IMG/VR virus record: IMGVR_UViG_3300042268_000308
DNA from: a virus
Reading direction: 5' to 3' (one strand)
Length of the DNA stretch: 64,000 nucleotides
Part shown: one piece after another, positions 59,078 through 64,000 of the stretch
Position numbering within the stretch: position 1 is the stretch's first letter
Layout of the letters: every line of letters begins with the position of its first letter
Program-made: the position numbers and the translations under genes
Notes under the pieces: generated by a model
What the model was told of the DNA's origin: nothing
The model's database searches: none
What the model saw: only the letters and a program-made list of their open reading frames with translations

Positions 59078-62000
59078 CTACAGCACCATTTCGGCGACCT
59101 TGCCGAACACATCATCGAGGATCGCCTGCTTGCCAGCATCAAAGGCGACCTGGAGCGGGTTGATGCCGAGCACCAGGCTGGCGTCCATCGTCACGTCGAA
59201 CTGGACCTTGCCGGCGTGATCGTTCAGACCGCCCTTCAAGTCCTTGACGAAGTAGCGGGCGGCCGCCGAGCCCAGCAGCACGATCACCGGCGGCTTCAAG
59301 AGCGCCACCTCTTTCATGAGGATCGGCCCGAAAGTCTTGATGTGCTGGTCGGAGACGAACTTGTCGTCCTTGACCACCTTCGACAGACAGGTGAAGTAGC
59401 CATCGGCCCGGCTCAGCCCGTTGACCGACAGCGCCTCGGACACCGGCCCGAAGGTCTTGCCCACGCTGATCTTCATGGACTGCTCCTCGGCCCAGGTCGG
59501 GCAGTCGGTGATGACCATGAACTTCGGCGCCTTGCCGAGCTGGATCATCGGCGCCGGGGCGTCGCCCGCCTTCTCCTGATATTCCTGCACGATCTTCATG
59601 AGCTCCCGCTTGGTGTTGCGGTCGTGCGCGCACAGCCGCTCGGCCACCACCAGACGGTTCATCAGACCAGGCATGAGCTCGATCTGATCCTTCAGCCGGT
59701 CGGGATGCAGCGCCGGCAGCTCCTCGTCATCGATCCTCGCGAACGCACCGACACGCCGCAGCACGTCCTGGTGGCGCTTGTTGCACTTGCGCTTCTCCAC
59801 GCGCTTGAGAAAGTCGTCCACATCCTTGAACGGGCCGTCCTCGCGTGCCTTGAGAATGGCGTTGGTCGTGTTATCGCTGATGCCCTTGCAGCGGTTGAAA
59901 GGGATCGCCAGCGTCGTGTCGTTGAGCACCTCGAACCGATGGGTGCTGATGTTGATGTCGGGCGGCTGGACGACGATCTTGCGCTTCTCGGCATCCGCGA
60001 TCAGACCGGCGAGCTTGTTCTCCTTCAGGATGGTCAGCGACGCGGCGTAGAACTCCACGGGGTAGTAGACCTTCAGCCACATCGACTGATAGGAGATCAG
60101 GCTGTATTCGGCGGCGTGGCTCTTGTTGAAGCCGTAGCCGGCGAAGGCCGCGATCTGGTCAAACAATTCGCCAGCCTTCTTCTCCTTCATGCCGACGGTC
60201 TTTATGCAGCCCTCAACCCACTGATCGCGGAACGACGCCATTTCGTCCTTCAGCTTCTTACCCATAACTTTGCGCAGCTTGTCGGCTTCGGGCAGCGAGA
60301 ACCCGGCGAGCACCTGGGCGAGCTTCATGACCTGTTCCTGATAGACCACGACGCCGTAGGTGTCCGCGAGCGGCTCCTCCATTTCGGGGAAGTCGTAGCT
60401 GACTTCCTCCAGGCCGTTCTTGCGCGACACGTAGCTCTCCAACATGCCCGAGTCCATCGGGCCGGGTCGGTAGAGCGCGGTCGCCGCCGTCACGTCGTTG
60501 AATGTCAGGCGCTCGGACTGCGCCAGGCTTTTCAGCAGACCTCTCATGCCGCCGCTTTCGAACTGAAACACGCCAACCGTGTCGCCGCGGCCGAACGCAT
60601 CCATCACCTTCGGGTCGTCGAGCGGCAGCGCGGTGAGGTCGGGCGTCTTGCCGTGCCGCTCCTTGATGTGATCGAGCGCCTCTTCGATCAGGTCGAGCGT
60701 GGACAGGCCCAGCACATCGATCTTGACGAGGCCCTGGTCCTCGCAGACGCGCTTGTCCCAATTGATCGTCCGCGAGCCCTTGCGCCGCTCGACCACGGCC
60801 CGCTCGACCAGGGGCTCGGCGGCCGCCACGATGCCGGCGGCGTGCTGCCCGAGCGAGCGCATGACGCCTTCGAGAGCAAGCGCGTGGCGCCACACCTCCG
60901 GCCTGGTCTTGGCAAAGGTCTCGATCTCGCCCACCTGGGCGCACGCTTCCTCCAGGCTGACGGGTTGACCGTGCTCCTCGGGCACCAGCTTCGAGCAGGA
61001 CAGGTCGCGCGGGTCCATGTCGAACGTGCGGCCCACGTCGCGGATCGCGGACGCGCTGCCGAGCTCGGTGTAGTTGGTGATGCCCGCGACGTTCTCCTCG
61101 CCCCAACGCCGCGAAATGAACTCGAACACCTCATGCCGTCGGTTGGACATAAAATCGAGATCGGCGTCGGGCAGGTCGATACGGCTTGGGTTGATGAAGC
61201 GCTCGAACAGCAGGTCGAAGCGGATCGGGTCGATGTCGGTGATCCCCATGAGATACGCGACAAGCGACCCGCCGACGGACCCTCGACCGGGGCCGACGCG
61301 GATGCCGTTGCCCTTCGACCACTTCACGATCTCCTGCACGAGCAGAAAGTAGCCCGAGAAGCCGAGATCCTTGAGCACACGAAGCTCATACTGGAGGCGC
61401 GGCTTGTAGCGCTCCGCCAGGTCGCTCTTGTCCGGCTGGTGCCCGAAGACCGGCTTGGCGAAGCGCTCCTTCCAACCGAGCTTGCACTGCTCGACCACGG
61501 CGGCGTGCTCGTTCGGCGCCATCTTGGGCAGACACACGTCGGCCTTTGCCCACTCGTATTCGACAGCCGACGCCAGGTGGCTCTGAGCATGAACGGCGTT
61601 CTGCCAGTGCAGCCCTTGCTCCAGCTTCGGGTAGCGCTCGGCCAGGCGCTTCTTGGCGGCCGCGGCGAGCTGGATGAGCTGCTTGAAGGTGCGCGGGTGT
61701 TGATCGCGCGTCCACGGCTTGTTCGCCCAGGTGGCGTCGATCTTGACGTTGCGGCTGAGCGCGTTCAGCACGTCGAGGCTGTCGGCCTGACCCTCGGGGT
61801 AAAGCGCCGGCCAGGTCAGCAAGGTTTGGCACCCGAGATCCTCGGCCAGCTCGATCGCCAGGCGGTTCTGCTTGTCGAAGACGGGCGTGCCCACAGGCGC
61901 AAGCTCGCAAAACGTCTGCGACGCCCCGAGAGCGCAGGAGACGCGACGCACAATATGACGCGCGCTCTCAGCGCGGAGCGCGCTCAGCGCGTCTCCCGTC

Positions 62001-62416
62001 GCGAATGCGAGCGCTCCTTGCTCGACGCTTTCGATGACTTCGAAAAAGTCATCCCAGCCCAGGCGCGCGGTCATGTAGAACCGATCGTCGTCGTTGGCGC
62101 GCGTCAGCAGACGGTAGATCGCCTTGAGACCGGCCTCCTTCAGCACGAACAGCTTCGGATACCACTGAGGGTTCTTGACCTTCTTCTCGCGCAGCGTCGG
62201 GTCTTCCACGATGCGCAGGCGCACGCCGACGATCGGCTTGACCTCGGCCTTCTTGCACGCCTGGCTGAACTGAATGAGGCCCGAGACGGTCATGGTGTCG
62301 CACAAGGAAACGGCCGGGTAGCCGCGCTCCTTCGCGATCTCGGGCAGCTTCTTGGCTTTGATCAGGCTTTCGCCGATCGAAAAGTCGGATTGGCCGAAAA
62401 GAACTCCAGGCATCAT
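59078..62416 (-). CDS. dnaE: DNA polymerase III alpha subunit with C-terminal UDG-like domain
   Basis: PHP domain, 'GPGRGS', 'LPDADLDF', 'GQHAAG', 'YGFNKSHA'. Confidence 0.95.
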   Translation of the reverse strand: MMPGVLFGQSDFSIGESLIKAKKLPEIAKERGYPAVSLCDTMTVSGLIQFSQACKKAEVKPIVGVRLRIVEDPTLREKKVKNPQWYPKLFVLKEAGLKAIYRLLTRANDDDRFYMTARLGWDDFFEVIESVEQGALAFATGDALSALRAESARHIVRRVSCALGASQTFCELAPVGTPVFDKQNRLAIELAEDLGCQTLLTWPALYPEGQADSLDVLNALSRNVKIDATWANKPWTRDQHPRTFKQLIQLAAAAKKRLAERYPKLEQGLHWQNAVHAQSHLASAVEYEWAKADVCLPKMAPNEHAAVVEQCKLGWKERFAKPVFGHQPDKSDLAERYKPRLQYELRVLKDLGFSGYFLLVQEIVKWSKGNGIRVGPGRGSVGGSLVAYLMGITDIDPIRFDLLFERFINPSRIDLPDADLDFMSNRRHEVFEFISRRWGEENVAGITNYTELGSASAIRDVGRTFDMDPRDLSCSKLVPEEHGQPVSLEEACAQVGEIETFAKTRPEVWRHALALEGVMRSLGQHAAGIVAAAEPLVERAVVERRKGSRTINWDKRVCEDQGLVKIDVLGLSTLDLIEEALDHIKERHGKTPDLTALPLDDPKVMDAFGRGDTVGVFQFESGGMRGLLKSLAQSERLTFNDVTAATALYRPGPMDSGMLESYVSRKNGLEEVSYDFPEMEEPLADTYGVVVYQEQVMKLAQVLAGFSLPEADKLRKVMGKKLKDEMASFRDQWVEGCIKTVGMKEKKAGELFDQIAAFAGYGFNKSHAAEYSLISYQSMWLKVYYPVEFYAASLTILKENKLAGLIADAEKRKIVVQPPDINISTHRFEVLNDTTLAIPFNRCKGISDNTTNAILKAREDGPFKDVDDFLKRVEKRKCNKRHQDVLRRVGAFARIDDEELPALHPDRLKDQIELMPGLMNRLVVAERLCAHDRNTKRELMKIVQEYQEKAGDAPAPMIQLGKAPKFMVITDCPTWAEEQSMKISVGKTFGPVSEALSVNGLSRADGYFTCLSKVVKDDKFVSDQHIKTFGPILMKEVALLKPPVIVLLGSAAARYFVKDLKGGLNDHAGKVQFDVTMDASLVLGINPLQVAFDAGKQAILDDVFGKVAEMVL

Positions 62417-62961
62417 GCTTCCTTGATCTTGTAGGTCTTGCCGTCCCGCTCGATGACGCCGAGGTGAACGAGGGCAGGGATGATGAATGAGACGTGGCCG
62501 CTGGCGGTGCCGCGCGACCAGCCGAAGACGTGCTCCAGGCGCTCGCGCAGATGGCTTTTCTCGAACTGGCGGTGCGCCAGCAGCACATCGAAGGTTTCGC
62601 GCATGTAGGCGGGCGTCATCGCGGCGAAGGGATTTTCGCCCGCGCTCAGCTTCTCGCTTATGGGCACGCCAGCGATCTTGGTGACGAGCTCCGCGGCCTT
62701 CTTGGGTAGGCCCTCGGTATTCACCTGCACCCGGCGCGGGCGCTGATAGCCGGCACTGGTCGCGCGAGCGCGCGGCTTTTTCACCGCAGCGGAAAGTGGC
62801 GTCAGCACGCCAGCGAACTTCGCCTGGATCGCCTCGAAACGCGCGTCGGCCTCGGCGCTGCACAAATCGGCGAAGACGCAGCCCTGGCACTCGGTCACTT
62901 CGGGGCAATAGGCCGTCGGCGACCCGTAGCAGCCGGGCGCCTTGTCATGCTGAAACTGCAT
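62413..62961 (-). CDS. Cys-cluster plus winged-helix-like protein
   Basis: 'PGCYGSP...C..C..C'; 'WSRGTASGHVSFIIPAL'. Confidence 0.65.
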   Translation of the reverse strand: MQFQHDKAPGCYGSPTAYCPEVTECQGCVFADLCSAEADARFEAIQAKFAGVLTPLSAAVKKPRARATSAGYQRPRRVQVNTEGLPKKAAELVTKIAGVPISEKLSAGENPFAAMTPAYMRETFDVLLAHRQFEKSHLRERLEHVFGWSRGTASGHVSFIIPALVHLGVIERDGKTYKIKEA

Positions 62962-63559
62962 GAAATTCCTCCCTGAAACGGCGCAGCTCGGCGTTGACGA
63001 GCGCGCGGCGCCGGCTCGGCAACCGGAGCACTTTCATGACGAAGGTCGGGGTGATGTCGGTCGGCACGATGCGACTGATGCCCTGCGAGAGCCCGAAGCG
63101 CTGTCGCGCCCGAAAGGCTTCGAACTCGCCACGGATCAGATCGTCAGGCTCGACAGACAGAATCAAGATCGTGCGAGCCAATGGCGTCAGACGCTTGAGC
63201 GCGCCCTCGAACGCCTGGCGCTTTTCGATGCGGCTTTCCGGCGTCGGGGCATTGTCAGGGACGGCCTCATGCAACTCCCGCCCTTCCGCGCCGACCTCAT
63301 CATCCAAAGATACCGTGTTGAGCGCCTTGACTGACTTGTTCACCACTCTCCACAGGCGGCGCTGCGCCGCCTGATAGAAGTAGGTGGAGAACTCCGCGCC
63401 CTTCTCGCTGCTATAGCCCTCGCACGCCTTTACGAAAGCGATCGCCGTCTCCTGAACAAGATCGTCCAGTGTCAGCCCGAGATTGCTCGGGGCGCTCCGC
63501 AGAGCGCCCCAGGCAATCTTGCGCGCGAGAGCCTCGTAGTCCTCCCAGCGCACCGGCAT
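62945..63559 (-). CDS. Sigma-70-like factor (region 2-containing)
   Basis: 'LDDLVQETAIAFVKA...GAEFSTY', 'VSLDD'. Confidence 0.75.
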   Translation of the reverse strand: MPVRWEDYEALARKIAWGALRSAPSNLGLTLDDLVQETAIAFVKACEGYSSEKGAEFSTYFYQAAQRRLWRVVNKSVKALNTVSLDDEVGAEGRELHEAVPDNAPTPESRIEKRQAFEGALKRLTPLARTILILSVEPDDLIRGEFEAFRARQRFGLSQGISRIVPTDITPTFVMKVLRLPSRRRALVNAELRRFREEFHAVSA

Positions 63560-64000
63560 CAGCCGAAGATCCGCTGCGCAAACTGCGACGCCACCTCGCG
63601 GTCGACCCGGCTCATGCGGTTCATAAACGCGAGCTCCAGGCCCTTCTTATAGCTGGCACGGCGAATGCCGATGCGGGCGGCGTTGATGAGAGCGCGCGGG
63701 CTAATGGTCGCCCCGATCTTGCCGCCGGCGAAGGCGGTGCGGATTTCGCCGGCGAACTTCACCAGATCGGCGGCATCCTTCTTGGGGATCGAGGCCTGGC
63801 CGGCGACGATCATCGTCTCCTGGTCCTTTTCCATGTAGGAAACCTCCTCGACGATGCCGAAGCGCTCGTAGTTGGCGGCGTTCTGAATGTTGGTGCCCTG
63901 ATAGAGCCCCGTTTCGTCGCCGCAGCCGTTGGTGTTGCCCGTCGCAACGAAGCGGAAGTCGGGATGCGGCCGAATGATCCGGTTGTCGTGATCGGCCTCC
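63559..64000 (-). CDS. CobS/MoxR-like AAA+ ATPase (3' part)
   Basis: 'HPDFRFVATGNTNGCGDETGLYQGT...ERF', 'ISPRAL'. Confidence 0.85.
   Translation of the reverse strand, partial: EADHDNRIIRPHPDFRFVATGNTNGCGDETGLYQGTNIQNAANYERFGIVEEVSYMEKDQETMIVAGQASIPKKDAADLVKFAGEIRTAFAGGKIGATISPRALINAARIGIRRASYKKGLELAFMNRMSRVDREVASQFAQRIFG

Noticed and set aside
58379..62434. Long plus-strand ORFs (also 43759-45639, 47156-49444, 2696-4372)
   Set aside because: Antisense shadows of dnaE, nrdA, sbcC and portal caused by high-GC codon bias
1..64000. tRNA or rRNA genes
   Set aside because: No convincing cloverleaf or rRNA signature seen by eye; tRNAscan-SE would be needed to exclude them

Overview
64 kb of a high-GC tailed phage genome, probably a temperate phage-plasmid (ParA plus RHH partition pair). 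Gene content resembles SSU5/pHCM2-like elements, and the host is possibly alphaproteobacterial (inference). Almost all genes are on the minus strand. Left: head/packaging module (major capsid, scaffold, portal, intein-containing TerL, TerS) next to a GNAT + ABC-ATPase + two-ParB cluster, an endolysin and an SF2 helicase. Middle (17-38 kb): an early/accessory region of small genes and patterned intergenic DNA. Right: nucleotide metabolism (dut, folA, thyA, nrdAB), recombination/replication (RuvC, SbcCD, intein-containing RecA, 5'-3' exonuclease, SSB, DnaE with a C-terminal UDG-like domain), a sigma-like factor and a CobS-like ATPase. The most striking signal is a ~1.76 kb island (17766-19527) with only two GG and no CC dinucleotides. 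It holds a full transcription unit whose two proteins have no Gly, Pro or Trp, and one of them is a paralog of normally encoded genes elsewhere in the window. Shorter GG/CC-free tracts cover many promoter/5'UTR segments, dense CCATGG arrays sit in neighbouring intergenic DNA, and nine early promoters share a GCC-N8-GCC box. Together these suggest a GG/CC-directed DNA modification or binding system that the first-expressed genes must avoid (hypothesis). Also found: a genome-wide TAAGTCA-N4-TGA operator, a 22-bp-period Fur-box-like array, a duplicated origin-like element and a candidate structured ncRNA.
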